This document shows, piece by piece, positions 1 through 10,761 of a stretch of DNA of 64,000 nucleotides; within the stretch, counting starts at the first letter, position 1, and every line of letters starts with the position of its first letter. The translations under genes and the position numbers were made by a program. The stretch comes from Rebecca billardiae RCC1528 (lineage: Eukaryota > Protista > Haptophyta). Below the pieces are notes generated by a model. The model had not been told where the DNA came from. It saw only the letters and a program-made list of their open reading frames with translations, and did not search any database. The stretch spans positions 744,001-808,000 of the forward strand of contig OZ251247.1 in assembly GCA_965240325.2 (NCBI GenBank), given 5' to 3'.

Positions 1-359
1 GGCACGACTTGGCCCGCGCGCGCCTCGTGCAGCGCCTTGATCCACGCGCACGCACGCTCGAGCCCGTCCGAGCTCGCGAGGTCGATCGGCTCGGCCGCCG
101 CCTCCGCGCCGCTCGCCGTGCGCGCGACGTGCTCGAGCAGCGCGGCCGAGAGCGCGGCCGAGCCGAGGCCGAGCGCGCACACATACACGTAGAGCATGCT
201 CCCGCCGACGAGCGCGGCGCGCACGTCCGCCTCCGTGTCGCCGCCGATCGGCAGGCCGGTCGCGTCCGCGAGTGCGGCCAGCGCGCCAGCCCACGGCTCG
301 TCCGGCTGCGTTCGCCGGCGGCGAGCGCCGCGGGCGAACGGGGCGCAGGTGGCCATCAT
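1..359 (-). CDS. 5' part of an unknown protein, running off the left edge of the window
   Basis: Open frame from ATG ATG at 359/356 to the window edge with host-like codons (MMATCAPFARG...SMLYVYVCALGLG...LERACAWIKALHEARAGQVV). It is absent from the ORF track because there is no stop inside the window. Confidence 0.5.
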   Translation of the reverse strand, partial: MMATCAPFARGARRRRTQPDEPWAGALAALADATGLPIGGDTEADVRAALVGGSMLYVYVCALGLGSAALSAALLEHVARTASGAEAAAEPIDLASSDGLERACAWIKALHEARAGQVV

Positions 360-499
360 GATGCCGTCCGCGCTCGCTCGGGATGAGCAAGCGTCGGCGA
401 ACCGTCACCAGCGTGCCGCGCCAAAAAAAACGGCAGACCCTTTGTACCGGGGGAAACGATGACGCAAAACGACCGCGGACCAGTCCCGGCCGCGACGCC

Positions 500-2002
500 A
501 TGACCGACGCCGGGGCTCACAGCGAGAACGCGCGGTGGCTGACTGACCTGCCCGTCGAGATGATCGAGCGGGTGCTCGTCGTTCTGCAGCAGCAAGACCT
601 CGCCGCCGCCAACGCCGCCTCGCGCCTCTTCCGCGGCGCGCCCGGCGGCCACTCGCCGGTCGAGCACGCGCTGCGCGCTCGCGCGCGCGCGCACGGGCTC
701 GAGCGCGCCATCCCGACGGCCCTCCCGCCGGGCGTGTGCACGTGGACGGCCGAGCTACTGGCGCTGCTGCGCACGCACGAGCTCGCGCGCGCGCACGCGG
801 CCGTCGTCGCGTGCTCGCGCGACGCGTGCGGCGAATACGACTGCGCCTTCAGCGCGTTTGTGGACGCGGAGGGCGGGCTGCACACGTGCGGCGAGGAGGA
901 GGTGCGGGGCGACGACGGGGAGCCGACGGGTGGGATCGCTCCTCCGCCGGCGCTGGGCCTCTTGGACGCACCCGCCGTCGTGGTGCCGACGCGCGTCGCC
1001 TCGCTCTGCGCGGTGCGCGTGCGTGCGGTGGCAGCTGGCTACCACCACCTGCTCGCGCTGAGTGACGCCGGTGCCGTGTACGGCTGCGGCCAAAGTGACA
1101 TAGGCCAGCTCGGGCTGGGTGACAAGACCACGCGTCGGGCATTCGAGCCGATACGTGGCTTGGAGCCCCAGCTGGTCGTGTGCATTGCCGCCGGCTTCAA
1201 GCACAGCCTCGCGCTCACCGCAGCTGGGTGCGCGTACAGCTGGGGCTACAACCACTTTGGCCAGCTCGGTCTCTGCGACAGGGAGGACCGGTGGGAGCCG
1301 GCGCGCATCGAGGCACTGGCCGGCGTGCGCGTGGGTGCGCTGGCAGCGGGGGTCGACCACACGCTGCTGCTGTCCATCGCTGGCGCTGTCTACTCGTGCG
1401 GCTACGGCAAGTGCGGCCAGCTCGGCCACGGCGATGGGCAGCATATGCACACGCCGAGGCGCATCAAGGCGCTCGCTGGCGTGCGCGCCGTGCACGTGTG
1501 CGCGGGTGACACGCACAGCCTGGTGCTCGACAGGGAGGGTGGCGTGCACTCCTTTGGCGGCGGCACCGATGGCTGCCTCGGCCAAGGGGACACTGGCGAT
1601 AGGTTCAAGCCGGCGCGCGTCGAGGCGCTGGCGGGCGTGCGTGCCGTGCGCGCCAGCTGTGGCCCTGTCAGCAGCGCTGTGCTGGGCGTGGACGGCGGCG
1701 TGCACGCGTTCGGGCGCAACGAGCATGGCGCGCTCGGCCTGGGCGGCGCTCCACAAAGCCTTTTGCCCACCCGCGTGCAGGTGGGAGCGGGCGCGCGCGT
1801 GGTGGGCGCTTCACTCGGTGGCGTGCACGCGCTGTACGTCACTGCGGGCGGTGAGGCGCACGTGTGCGGCTGGCGATCTGCTGCGCTCGGCCTCGGCATG
1901 AGCGCGGCGTCGGAGGAGGGCGTGGCTCAGGGCGACAGTGGCATCGACACGAGTACGCCCACACGCGTAGCGCATCTTCAGCTGCGTGACCTGCAGGGCT
2001 AG
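500..2002 (+). CDS. F-box + RCC1-repeat protein, copy 1
   Basis: F-box-like LTDLPVEMIERVLVVLQQQDLAAANAASRLFR followed by seven RCC1 repeats (GxNxxGQLG, AAGxxH). Upstream in-frame ATG at 383 is an alternative start. Confidence 0.9.
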   Translation: MTDAGAHSENARWLTDLPVEMIERVLVVLQQQDLAAANAASRLFRGAPGGHSPVEHALRARARAHGLERAIPTALPPGVCTWTAELLALLRTHELARAHAAVVACSRDACGEYDCAFSAFVDAEGGLHTCGEEEVRGDDGEPTGGIAPPPALGLLDAPAVVVPTRVASLCAVRVRAVAAGYHHLLALSDAGAVYGCGQSDIGQLGLGDKTTRRAFEPIRGLEPQLVVCIAAGFKHSLALTAAGCAYSWGYNHFGQLGLCDREDRWEPARIEALAGVRVGALAAGVDHTLLLSIAGAVYSCGYGKCGQLGHGDGQHMHTPRRIKALAGVRAVHVCAGDTHSLVLDREGGVHSFGGGTDGCLGQGDTGDRFKPARVEALAGVRAVRASCGPVSSAVLGVDGGVHAFGRNEHGALGLGGAPQSLLPTRVQVGAGARVVGASLGGVHALYVTAGGEAHVCGWRSAALGLGMSAASEEGVAQGDSGIDTSTPTRVAHLQLRDLQG

Positions 2003-2165
2003 TGTGAGGGGCTGGGGACCGGGCCACTGGCGTGCCAGCAGTGATCTCCGGTCGGATGGCGCAACTGGGCACTGGCAGACGACTGGCTGCCAGTCTGATG
2101 ATCGGAATGACTCTGCCTCCTTCCTGTCCAAGGGCGTTCCCGGGATCCTGCCACACGCTCCCGAA

Positions 2166-2196
2166 AGCAATGCCCCCCCCTGGGGGGGGCATTGCT
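2166..2196. repeat. Perfect 15-bp-arm hairpin AGCAATG-C8-T-G8-CATTGCT
   Basis: Read directly from the sequence; 1-nt loop. Confidence 0.9.
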
Positions 2197-2415
2197 ACCG
2201 GACTGGCGCGGGCCGTAATCAAATGTACCCGCTTGAAATAGAGGAAAGCAATTTCAATAGGAACGCGGTTCGATTTGGCGTTTGACCAGTGCGGGGAACG
2301 CCCCTGCAGCGAAATGTTGGCTGTGTCCAGCTTGGGAGTCCGTTGGCCACGAACTATTGTACTGATGACGAAGCCGTCGATGAAGCGCGGTCCGCCCGAC
2401 GACCAGTGCGCGACG

Positions 2416-3951
2416 ATGACGCTTATTCGCAAGGAGCACGCACGGTGTGCACCCGCGGCGCTGTGCCTCGCGGGCATTCCGCCCGAGGTCATCGAGCGCA
2501 TTCTCGTGAGCGTGCCCGAGCTACCCGCTCTGCTGGCCGCCAACGCCACGGCGCGCCTCTTCCGCGGCGCGCCGGGCGGGCGCTCGCCCGTCGAGCACGC
2601 GCTGCGCGCTCGTGCGCGCGCGCGCGGCCTCGAGCGCGCCATCCCGACGGCCCTCCCGCCGGGCGCGTGCACGTGGACGGCCGAGCTCTTGGCGCTGCTG
2701 CGCACGCACGAGCTGGCGCGTTCGCACGCGGCCGTCGTCGCCTGCTCACGTTGGACGAGCACGCACTACCATTGCGCGTTCAGCGCGTTTGTGGACGCGG
2801 AGGGCGGGCTGCACACGTGCGGCGAGGAGGAGGCGCTGGACGAGGACACCTGGCTGCCGACGGGAGAGTTCGTAGGAGCATCGGCGCTGGGCCACGCTGA
2901 TGCGGCCGTGGTCGTGGTGCCGACGCGCGTGGCCTCGCTCTCCGCGGTGCGCGTGGTCGCAGTCGCTGCTGGGTGGTGGCACCTGCTCGCGCTGAGCGAC
3001 GGTGGCGTCGTGTACGGCTGCGGCCGAAATGACACAGGCCAGCTCGGACTGGGGGACACTGCCACGCGCCGGGCGTTCGAGCTGATACGCGGCCTGGAGC
3101 CCCAGCTCGTCGCATGTATTGCCGCAGGCGGTTTGCACAGCCTCGCGCTCACCTCCGCTGGCGGTGCGTACAGCTGGGGCAACAACTGGGACGGCCAGCT
3201 CGGCCACGGCGACACGAAGGAGCGGTGGGAGCCGACGCGCATCGAGGCGCTGGGCGGCGTGCGCGTGGGTGCGCTGGCAGCAGGAGTCGACCACACGCTG
3301 CTGCTCTCGATCGGTGGAGCCGTCTACTCGTGCGGCGATGGCAACTCGGGCCGTCTCGGCCACGGCGACGAGCAGGATCAGTGCACGCCGAGGCGCATCG
3401 AGGCGCTTGTGGGCGTGCAGGCCGTGCACGTGAGCGCCGGTGCTTATCACAGCCTGGTGGTGGATGCAGACGGCAGCGTGCGTTTCTTCGGCTCTGGTGA
3501 GCGAGGTTGCCTCCGCCTCGGGGGCACTGCCAGTCGGCTCGAGCCGATGCGCGTCGAAGCCCTTGCAGGCGTGCGTGGCGTGCGCGCGTGCGCCGGCTTC
3601 CAGTGCAGTGTGGTGGTGGGAGCAGACGGCAGCGTGCACGCGCTTGGGGACAACAGGCATGGCTCACTCGGCTTGGGCTGCGCTACGCAAAGCCTGCGCC
3701 CCGCGCGCGTGCAGGTGGGAGTGGGCGCGCGCGTCATGGGCGCATCGCTCGGCGGGGCGCACACGCTGTACGTCACGGCGGACGGGCAGGCGCACGCGTG
3801 CGGTCTGCAATCGGGAGCGCTCGGCCTCGGACTGAGTGTGGTGCCGGAGGAGCTGGAGGGCGTGGCGCAGGGCGACGCCATGGGCACGAGGGCGCCCTCG
3901 CGTGTTGCACATCTTCAGCTGCGCCGGCAGGGCCAGTGGCAGTGTATGTAG
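2416..3951 (+). CDS. F-box + RCC1-repeat protein, copy 2
   Basis: Same architecture. Start MTLIRKEH chosen by homology to copy 5; alternative ATGs at 2365 and 2380. Confidence 0.9.
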   Translation: MTLIRKEHARCAPAALCLAGIPPEVIERILVSVPELPALLAANATARLFRGAPGGRSPVEHALRARARARGLERAIPTALPPGACTWTAELLALLRTHELARSHAAVVACSRWTSTHYHCAFSAFVDAEGGLHTCGEEEALDEDTWLPTGEFVGASALGHADAAVVVVPTRVASLSAVRVVAVAAGWWHLLALSDGGVVYGCGRNDTGQLGLGDTATRRAFELIRGLEPQLVACIAAGGLHSLALTSAGGAYSWGNNWDGQLGHGDTKERWEPTRIEALGGVRVGALAAGVDHTLLLSIGGAVYSCGDGNSGRLGHGDEQDQCTPRRIEALVGVQAVHVSAGAYHSLVVDADGSVRFFGSGERGCLRLGGTASRLEPMRVEALAGVRGVRACAGFQCSVVVGADGSVHALGDNRHGSLGLGCATQSLRPARVQVGVGARVMGASLGGAHTLYVTADGQAHACGLQSGALGLGLSVVPEELEGVAQGDAMGTRAPSRVAHLQLRRQGQWQCM

Positions 3952-4183
3952 TGCCCGTGACGCGATGATGGCACTGCCTCCACGGGTCCTGCCACAACCT
4001 TGCACCGAACCTGAAGAGTGAAGACAGTGATGATGTGACGAACGAGGCTCCGACTGACGTCGTCGTTCTGGTTCCGGTGCGCTTGACAAGCCGTCCTGCA
4101 GCGGGACTAATTGATTGGCTCGTGATTCGTCGCGCGGGGCGGATCCCCCGATCGAGGCGCGGAAGCTCGGGCGCCTGCGCGAG

Positions 4184-5701
4184 ATGGCCCCCCGCAAGGA
4201 GCACGCACCGCGCGCACCGGCGGCGTTGTGCCTCGCGGACTTGCCACCCGAGGTCATCGCGCGCATACTCGCGAGCGTGCGCGAGCTGCCCACTCTGCTG
4301 GCCGCCAATGCCACGGCGCGCCTCTTCCGCGGCGCGCCTGGCGGCCGCTCGCCGGTCGAGCACGCGCTCCGTGCTCTCGCGCGCGCGCGCGGGCTCGAGC
4401 GCGCCATCCCGACGGCCCTCCCGCCGGGCGCGTGCACGTGGACGGCCGAGCTGCTGGCGCTCTTGCGCACGCACTCGCTGGCGCGCGCGCACGTGGCCGC
4501 CGTCGCCTGCTCGCCCGACGCATGCGACGAGTTCCATTGCTCGTTCAGCGCGCTTGTGGACGCGGAGGGCGGGCTGCACACGTGCGGCGAGGAGGAGGCG
4601 CTGGACGAGGACGAGGACACCTCGGAGGCGTCGGCAGAGTACGTGTTCGTTGCGCCGCCGGCGCTGGGGCACGCGGATGCGCCCGCCGTCGTGGTGCCGA
4701 CGCGCGTCGCCTCTCTCAGCGCGGTGCGCGTGGCCGCGGTGGCCGCCGGCGCCTCCCACCTGCTCGCGCTGAGCGAGGCCGGCGCGGTGTACGGCTGCGG
4801 CGAGAACGAGCACGGCCAGCTCGGGCTAGGGGACACTGACAAACGCCGGGTGTTCGAGCTGGTCCGCGGCTTGGAGCTCCAGCTCGTCGTGTGCATCGCC
4901 GCAGGCGTCGAGCACAGCCTCGCGCTCACCGCCGCTGGGTGCGCGTACAGCTGGGGCAACAACAGCTCCGGCCAGCTCGGCCACGGCGACACGACGAGCC
5001 GGCTGGAGCCGACGCGCATACAGGCGCTGACCGGCGTGCGCGTGGGCGGGGTGACCGGCGGGGGCGACCACACGCTGCTGCTCTCTCTCTCAGGCGCGGT
5101 GTACGCGTGTGGCTGCGGCATGGATGGCCAGCTGGGCCACGGCGGCGATGAGAACGAGCGCACGCCGAGGCGCGTCGAGGCGCTCGCGGGCGTGCGCGCC
5201 GTGCACGTGAGCGCGGGCCTGCAGCACAGCCTGGTGGTGGACGCGGAGGGCGGCGTGCACTCCTTCGGAGAAGGGCACACTGATCGGCAGCTCGAGCCCA
5301 CGCGCATCGACGCGCTTGCGGGCGTGCGCGCAGTGCGCGCGTGCGCCGGCAGCAGGAGCAGCGCGGTGCTGGGCGCGGACGGCAGCGTGCACACGTTCGG
5401 GGACAACGAGCACGGCTTGCTCGGCCTGGGCGGCGCCACGCAAAGCCAATCGCCCACACGCGTGCAGATGGGGCCGGGCGCCTGCGTGGTGGGCTGCGCG
5501 CTCGGCGGTGACCACGCGCTGTACGTCACGGCGGACGGTGCCGCGCACTCGTGCGGCCGGCGGTGTGCGGCGCTCGGCCTCGGCGTGAGCCTGGGGCAGG
5601 AGGAGGGCGGGGTGCAGGGCGACACCATCGACACACAGACGCCCACGCGCGTTGCGACTGTGCCTCTGCTGAGGCATGGTCAGCAGGGGCTGGTGGGGTA
5701 A
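4184..5701 (+). CDS. F-box + RCC1-repeat protein, copy 3
   Basis: MAPRKEH...LADLPPEVIARIL F-box; RCC1 repeats; short blade 5 (FGEGHTDRQLEPTR). Confidence 0.9.
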   Translation: MAPRKEHAPRAPAALCLADLPPEVIARILASVRELPTLLAANATARLFRGAPGGRSPVEHALRALARARGLERAIPTALPPGACTWTAELLALLRTHSLARAHVAAVACSPDACDEFHCSFSALVDAEGGLHTCGEEEALDEDEDTSEASAEYVFVAPPALGHADAPAVVVPTRVASLSAVRVAAVAAGASHLLALSEAGAVYGCGENEHGQLGLGDTDKRRVFELVRGLELQLVVCIAAGVEHSLALTAAGCAYSWGNNSSGQLGHGDTTSRLEPTRIQALTGVRVGGVTGGGDHTLLLSLSGAVYACGCGMDGQLGHGGDENERTPRRVEALAGVRAVHVSAGLQHSLVVDAEGGVHSFGEGHTDRQLEPTRIDALAGVRAVRACAGSRSSAVLGADGSVHTFGDNEHGLLGLGGATQSQSPTRVQMGPGACVVGCALGGDHALYVTADGAAHSCGRRCAALGLGVSLGQEEGGVQGDTIDTQTPTRVATVPLLRHGQQGLVG

Positions 5702-6096
5702 CTGCCCCTGTGCGTCGATCACTACCACGGCTGATTGCTACTGCTAGCTGTGAGAGTTATTACTGCCTGCTTACTTACGGCCGACGTGTCATCAAGGCAT
5801 GCCTGGATGCCATCCCTGCTCCTAGCTAATAGTGCCGTTGGTGGTCGTGTGAAGAGTCCGACGTGTAGCCTATAGTACCACGGTTGGGCCGCGGCGCTGC
5901 CCCCGGTTGAGTCACCGTCCGCCGCCTGCTCGATCTTGATGACGACGATCGAATGACGATGAGTAGCTACGGACTGACTGTACGGTAGTCAATGGGATGA
6001 CTCCGCCCGAGCCTCGTCTGGTGGCGGTGCGACAGTCAACTTGGCACCGGATACTCGCCCAAGCGCGCGGACGACGACCAAGTGCGCGGCGGCGAG

Positions 6097-7626
6097 ATGG
6101 CCACCTGCAAGGAGCACGCACTGCGCGCATCGGCGGCGCTGTGCCTCGCCGACATGCCGCCCGAGGTCATCGAGCGCATACTCGTGAGCGTTCCCGAGCT
6201 GCCCGCGCTGCTGGCTGCCAACGCCACGGCCCGCCTCTTCCGCGGCGCGCCGGGCGGCCGCTCGCCGGTCGAGCACGCGCTTCGCGCTCGCGCGCGCGCG
6301 CGCGGACTCGAGCGCGCCATCCCGAGCGCTCTCCCGCCGGGCGCTTGCACGTGGACGGCCGAGCTCACGGCGCTGGTACGCACGCACGAGCTGGCGCGTG
6401 CGCACGCGGCCGTGGTCGCCTGCTGCACGCGCTGGGCGCGGGCGTGCATGTTCAGCGCGTTTGTGGACGCGGAGGGCGGGCTGCACACGTGCGGCGAGGA
6501 GGAGGAGAAGGACGAGGGCACCTTGCAGCCGACGGGAGAGTTCGTAGGAGCATCGGCGCTGGGCCACGCTGATGCGGCCGTGGTCGTGGTGCCGACGCGG
6601 GTGGCCTCGCTGTCCGCGGTGCGCATGGTTGCGGTGGCCGCCGCGGATAGCCACCTGCTCGCGTTGAGCGACGCAGGCGCCGTGTACGGCTGCGGCGAGA
6701 ACGGCAACGGCCAGCTCGGGCTGGGGGACTCGCTGGCGCGCCATTCGTTCGACGTCGTCGGGGCTCTGCGTGCCGACATGATCGTGGCGGTCTCGACTGG
6801 CGGTGCGCACAGCCTCGCGCTCACAGCAGCTGGGTGTGCGTACAGCTGGGGCTTCAACGGCTTCGGCCAGCTCGGCCACGGCGACACGAAGGACCGGTGG
6901 GAGCCGGCGCGCATCGAGGCGCTGGACGGCGTGCGCGTGGGTGGAGTGGCGGCGGGGGACACGCACACGCTGCTGCTCTCGCTCGACGGCGCTATCTTCT
7001 CGTGTGGCGACGGCGAGGCTGGCCAGCTCGGCCTAGGCGACGAGCAGGATCAGTACACGCCGAGGCGCATCAAGGCGCTCGCGGGCGTGCGCGCCGTGCA
7101 CGTGGGCGCGGGCTACACGCACAGCCTGGTGCTCGACGCGGAGGGCGGCGTGCACTCCTTTGGCGACGGCACCGATGGCTGCCTCGGCCACGGGAACACT
7201 GGCGGTCAGCTCGAGCCGGCGCGAGTCGAGGCGCTGGCGGGCGTGCGGGCAGTGCGTGCGTGCGCAGGCTACGACAGCAGTGCTGTGCTGGGTGCGGACG
7301 GCAGCGTGCACACGTTTGGGTGCAACCGGCACGGCTCACTCGGCCCGGGCGGCGGCGTGCAGCGCCTACTGCCCACCCGCATGCAGGTGGGGGCGGGCGC
7401 GCGCGTGGTGGGCGTTGCTCTCGGCGGGCAGCACGCGCTGTACGTCACGGCTGACGGTGCCGCGCACTCGTGCGGCCGGCGGTGTGCGGCGCTCGGCCTC
7501 GGCGTGAGCCTGACGCCGGAGGAGGGCGGGGTGCAGGGCGACGCCATTGGCACGAGTACGCCCACGCGCATCGCGCATCTTCAGCTGCCTCTGCAGGGCC
7601 AGTGTCAGGGGCTAGGGTGCCCGTGA
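6097..7626 (+). CDS. F-box + RCC1-repeat protein, copy 4
   Basis: MATCKEH...LADMPPEVIERIL; seven RCC1 repeats. Confidence 0.9.
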   Translation: MATCKEHALRASAALCLADMPPEVIERILVSVPELPALLAANATARLFRGAPGGRSPVEHALRARARARGLERAIPSALPPGACTWTAELTALVRTHELARAHAAVVACCTRWARACMFSAFVDAEGGLHTCGEEEEKDEGTLQPTGEFVGASALGHADAAVVVVPTRVASLSAVRMVAVAAADSHLLALSDAGAVYGCGENGNGQLGLGDSLARHSFDVVGALRADMIVAVSTGGAHSLALTAAGCAYSWGFNGFGQLGHGDTKDRWEPARIEALDGVRVGGVAAGDTHTLLLSLDGAIFSCGDGEAGQLGLGDEQDQYTPRRIKALAGVRAVHVGAGYTHSLVLDAEGGVHSFGDGTDGCLGHGNTGGQLEPARVEALAGVRAVRACAGYDSSAVLGADGSVHTFGCNRHGSLGPGGGVQRLLPTRMQVGAGARVVGVALGGQHALYVTADGAAHSCGRRCAALGLGVSLTPEEGGVQGDAIGTSTPTRIAHLQLPLQGQCQGLGCP

Positions 7627-7977
7627 GTGGCTGAGCAGTGCGATGATGACACTGAGGCGGTTGCCGCCTCCATCCTGGATCACACTTTCACAGTGTGAGT
7701 GATGACGACAGTGATGCAGTCTGATGCTGCTGCCTGCTCGGTGTAGTGTGTTCCGATGCCTGTCGCTATTGCGTGCTGCTGCATGGGGCGCGGTGGCTGC
7801 TTGCTTCGAGCCCGCCTGCGTTCATGACGACGAATCGTGTGCTGTCCTTGAAAGTTGAAGTAGTCGAGTCCTTGCCTGCTCCCTAAGTCCAGGGGGGGGG
7901 GCTCCCCGCCCCCGAACCGGGGCCGAAGTCCGTTGGCCCCGAATTGACGAAGCGCGGGCGGCGACGACCAGTGCGCG

Positions 7978-9588
7978 ATGACGCTTCGCAAGGAGCACGC
8001 ACGGTGTGCACCCGCGGCGCTGTGCCTCGCGGACATGCCGCCCGAGGTCATCGAGCGCATTCTCGTGAGCGTGCCCGAGCTACCCGTTCTGCTGGCCGCC
8101 AACGCCACGGCGCGCCTCTTCCGCGGCGCGCCGGGCGGCCGCTCTCCGGTCGAGCACGCGCTGCGCGCTCGCGCGCGCGCGAGCGGGCTCGAGCGCGCCA
8201 TCCCGACGGCCCTCCCGCCGGGCGTGTGCACGTGGACGGCCGAGCTCTTGGTGCTGCTGCGCACGCACGAGCTGGCGCGTTCGCACGCGGCCGTCGTCGC
8301 CTGCTCGCGCGACGCGGGCGACGACGACGAGTTCAGCTTGTTCAGCGCGTTTGTGGACGCGGAGGGCGGGCTGCACACGTGCGGCGAGGAGGCAGAGTGG
8401 GGCGAGATCGGGGAGCCGACGGGTCGGATCGCTCCTCCGCCGGCGCTTGGTCTCTTGGACGCACCCGCCGTCGTGGTGCCGACGCGCGTCGCCTCCCTGA
8501 GCGATGTTCGCGTGGTCTCGGTGGCCGCTGGCTACACCCATCTGCTCGCACTGAGCGAGGCCGGCGCCGTGTACGGCTGTGGCTACCACAGCTGCGGCCA
8601 GCTCGGGCTGGGGGACGATGAGACGCGGCGCTCGTTCGTCGAGGTCTACCCGCTCGCGCGCGAGCTCGTCGTCGCGATCGCCGCGGGCGCCTGCCACAGC
8701 CTCGCCCTCACCTCCGCTGGCTGCGCGTACAGCTGGGGCCGCAACGAGTGGAACCAGCTCGGCCACGGCGACAGGAAGGAGCGGTGGGAGCCGACGCGCA
8801 TCGAGGCGCTGGACGGCGTGCGCGTGGCTGGGGTCGCAGCAGGGGACGGCCACACGCTGCTGCTGTCCATCGCTGGCTCCGTCTACTCCTGCGGGTACGG
8901 CTACTACGGCCAGCTCGGCCACGGCGACGAGCAGGATCAGCACACGCCGAGGCGCATCGCTGCGCTTGCGAGCGTGCGCGCCGTGCACGTGAGCGCGGGC
9001 AGGCTGCACAGCCTGGTGGTGGACGCGGAGGGCGGCGTGCACTCCTTCGGAGAAGGGCACACTGATCGACAGCCTGAGCCAACGCGCATCGACGCGCTCG
9101 CTGGTGTGCGCGCAGTGAGTGCGTGTGCCGGCCCCTTCTGCAGCGCGGTGCTGGGCGCGGACGGCAGCGTGCACACGTTCGGGGCCAACGAACATGGCTT
9201 ACTCGGCCTGGGCTTACTCGGCCTGGGCGGCGCCACTCAAAGTCAGTTGCCCATACGCGTGCAGGTGGGAGCGGGCGCACGCGTGGTGGGCGCTTCACTC
9301 GGCGGCGCGCACGCCCTGTACGTCACTGCGGACGGTGGGGCGCACGCGTGCGGCATGCGCTCGGCTGCGCTCGGCCTCGGCGCAAGCCTGGGGCAGGAGG
9401 ATGGTGTGGTGCGGGGTGATGACATCATCGACACGAGGACGCCCATGCGCGTTGCCAGTCTGCCGCCGCTGCTGCATGGTCAGCAGGGGCTCGATGGGGC
9501 GGTAACCGTAACTGTCGATGGCCTCTGCGCGGACGCGGCAGCGCAGCGGGACGGGCACGACACGCAGGCGGGCACGGATCAGCAGTGA
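7978..9588 (+). CDS. F-box + RCC1-repeat protein, copy 5
   Basis: MTLRKEH...LADMPPEVIERIL; RCC1 repeats; same short blade 5 as copy 3; GLLGL duplication. Confidence 0.9.
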   Translation: MTLRKEHARCAPAALCLADMPPEVIERILVSVPELPVLLAANATARLFRGAPGGRSPVEHALRARARASGLERAIPTALPPGVCTWTAELLVLLRTHELARSHAAVVACSRDAGDDDEFSLFSAFVDAEGGLHTCGEEAEWGEIGEPTGRIAPPPALGLLDAPAVVVPTRVASLSDVRVVSVAAGYTHLLALSEAGAVYGCGYHSCGQLGLGDDETRRSFVEVYPLARELVVAIAAGACHSLALTSAGCAYSWGRNEWNQLGHGDRKERWEPTRIEALDGVRVAGVAAGDGHTLLLSIAGSVYSCGYGYYGQLGHGDEQDQHTPRRIAALASVRAVHVSAGRLHSLVVDAEGGVHSFGEGHTDRQPEPTRIDALAGVRAVSACAGPFCSAVLGADGSVHTFGANEHGLLGLGLLGLGGATQSQLPIRVQVGAGARVVGASLGGAHALYVTADGGAHACGMRSAALGLGASLGQEDGVVRGDDIIDTRTPMRVASLPPLLHGQQGLDGAVTVTVDGLCADAAAQRDGHDTQAGTDQQ

Positions 9589-10185
9589 TCATCAAGATGA
9601 TGACTCGTCATATGACTGTAGCAGTAAGGGGAGCATCGTCAAGCGCAGATGATGGCGCTGTCCGAGCTGTCGGCCCGCGACCTGAGTGAATAAGCCTGAC
9701 GGCTACGACTAGCCGGTTGCACTTGCAGTCCGGCCGGATCCGCTTAGAATAGATACAGCGCGCCTGAAGTCGTCGTGATGCAGTGAGCAGTCCGGCTGTG
9801 GCGTCAATCAGTTTATTACCGCCGATATACGGACGGTACGACCGGCGTCTGGACCGGACCAGGGCTGGCGACCCGTGACGATGAACCGCCGGTCCGGGCC
9901 GGAGCATTGGCACAGGCGGATCACCGACGGTCGGAGTGCGGGCTGACGATGATGGCACTGCTGCATCAGTGATCAGGCTGCTACTGGCCGAAACCGGTGC
10001 GAGCCCGGGGCGCGCAGCGGCAGCGCACAGGCGGCCGGGCAGCCGATGCGGCCGCCCGGTAGTCCGGTACGTGTGTAGTATAATAAAAATATCAGCCGCA
10101 TATGATACAGACCTGCTGCCGCGCCGTCTTCATCGCGGCCCGGCCTGAGTGGGCCTGACGAGTGACGGCGGAGCTCGTCAGGTAA

Positions 10186-10740
10186 AGGGCCGCCCCACTA
10201 TAACTGTCAGGTTTACCCAGAGCGCGCGGAGTTGAAGATTCATCGTTTTTGTCAAAACTGGGCGCAAGTCAGGTCTTCCTGCCGGCGGATCGCGTGATGG
10301 CAGAAGGAGCGCTGCAGCGGCGCCTTCTCCCCCGGGCGACCCGGCGCCAGCGGCGCGGCGGCGCGCGCGGCTGCGACTCGGCGCTAGCGATCGACCTGCT
10401 GTCAGCTGTACGACAGCCGCACCGGACTCGCTGCGCCCCTTGGCTCGCTTGCCCACAGAGCGCCGCGCGGACCTGGCATGCGGGCCGCGGGCCATGCCTG
10501 AGGTACCAATATCATCAAATATAATTTGTGCGATGCCGCTAGCGGCGATGTCGGCACCGTCGAAGAGTAGGATGGGTTCTTGACATCCGCACGTCCCACA
10601 CGGATGTCAAGAGCGCGTCGGAGCGGCCGGGGATCGCGACCTCGTCACTGCCACCGTCGCACAAATTCGCGCACGTCGGCTGTGGGGCACGTCGACACGA
10701 TGCAGATGGCACTGCCGGACAGTTATAGTGGGTTGACCCT
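10186..10740. mobile_element. ~555-bp MITE-like element
   Basis: Imperfect terminal inverted repeats: left AGGGCCGCCCCACTATAACTGTC, right (reverse complement) AGGGTCAACCCACTATAACTGTC, with a 15-bp perfect core. Flanks TCAGGTAA / TCAGCTCA resemble a decayed target-site duplication. Confidence 0.6.
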
Positions 10741-10761
10741 TCAGCTCAAGGGTCCGTAGTA

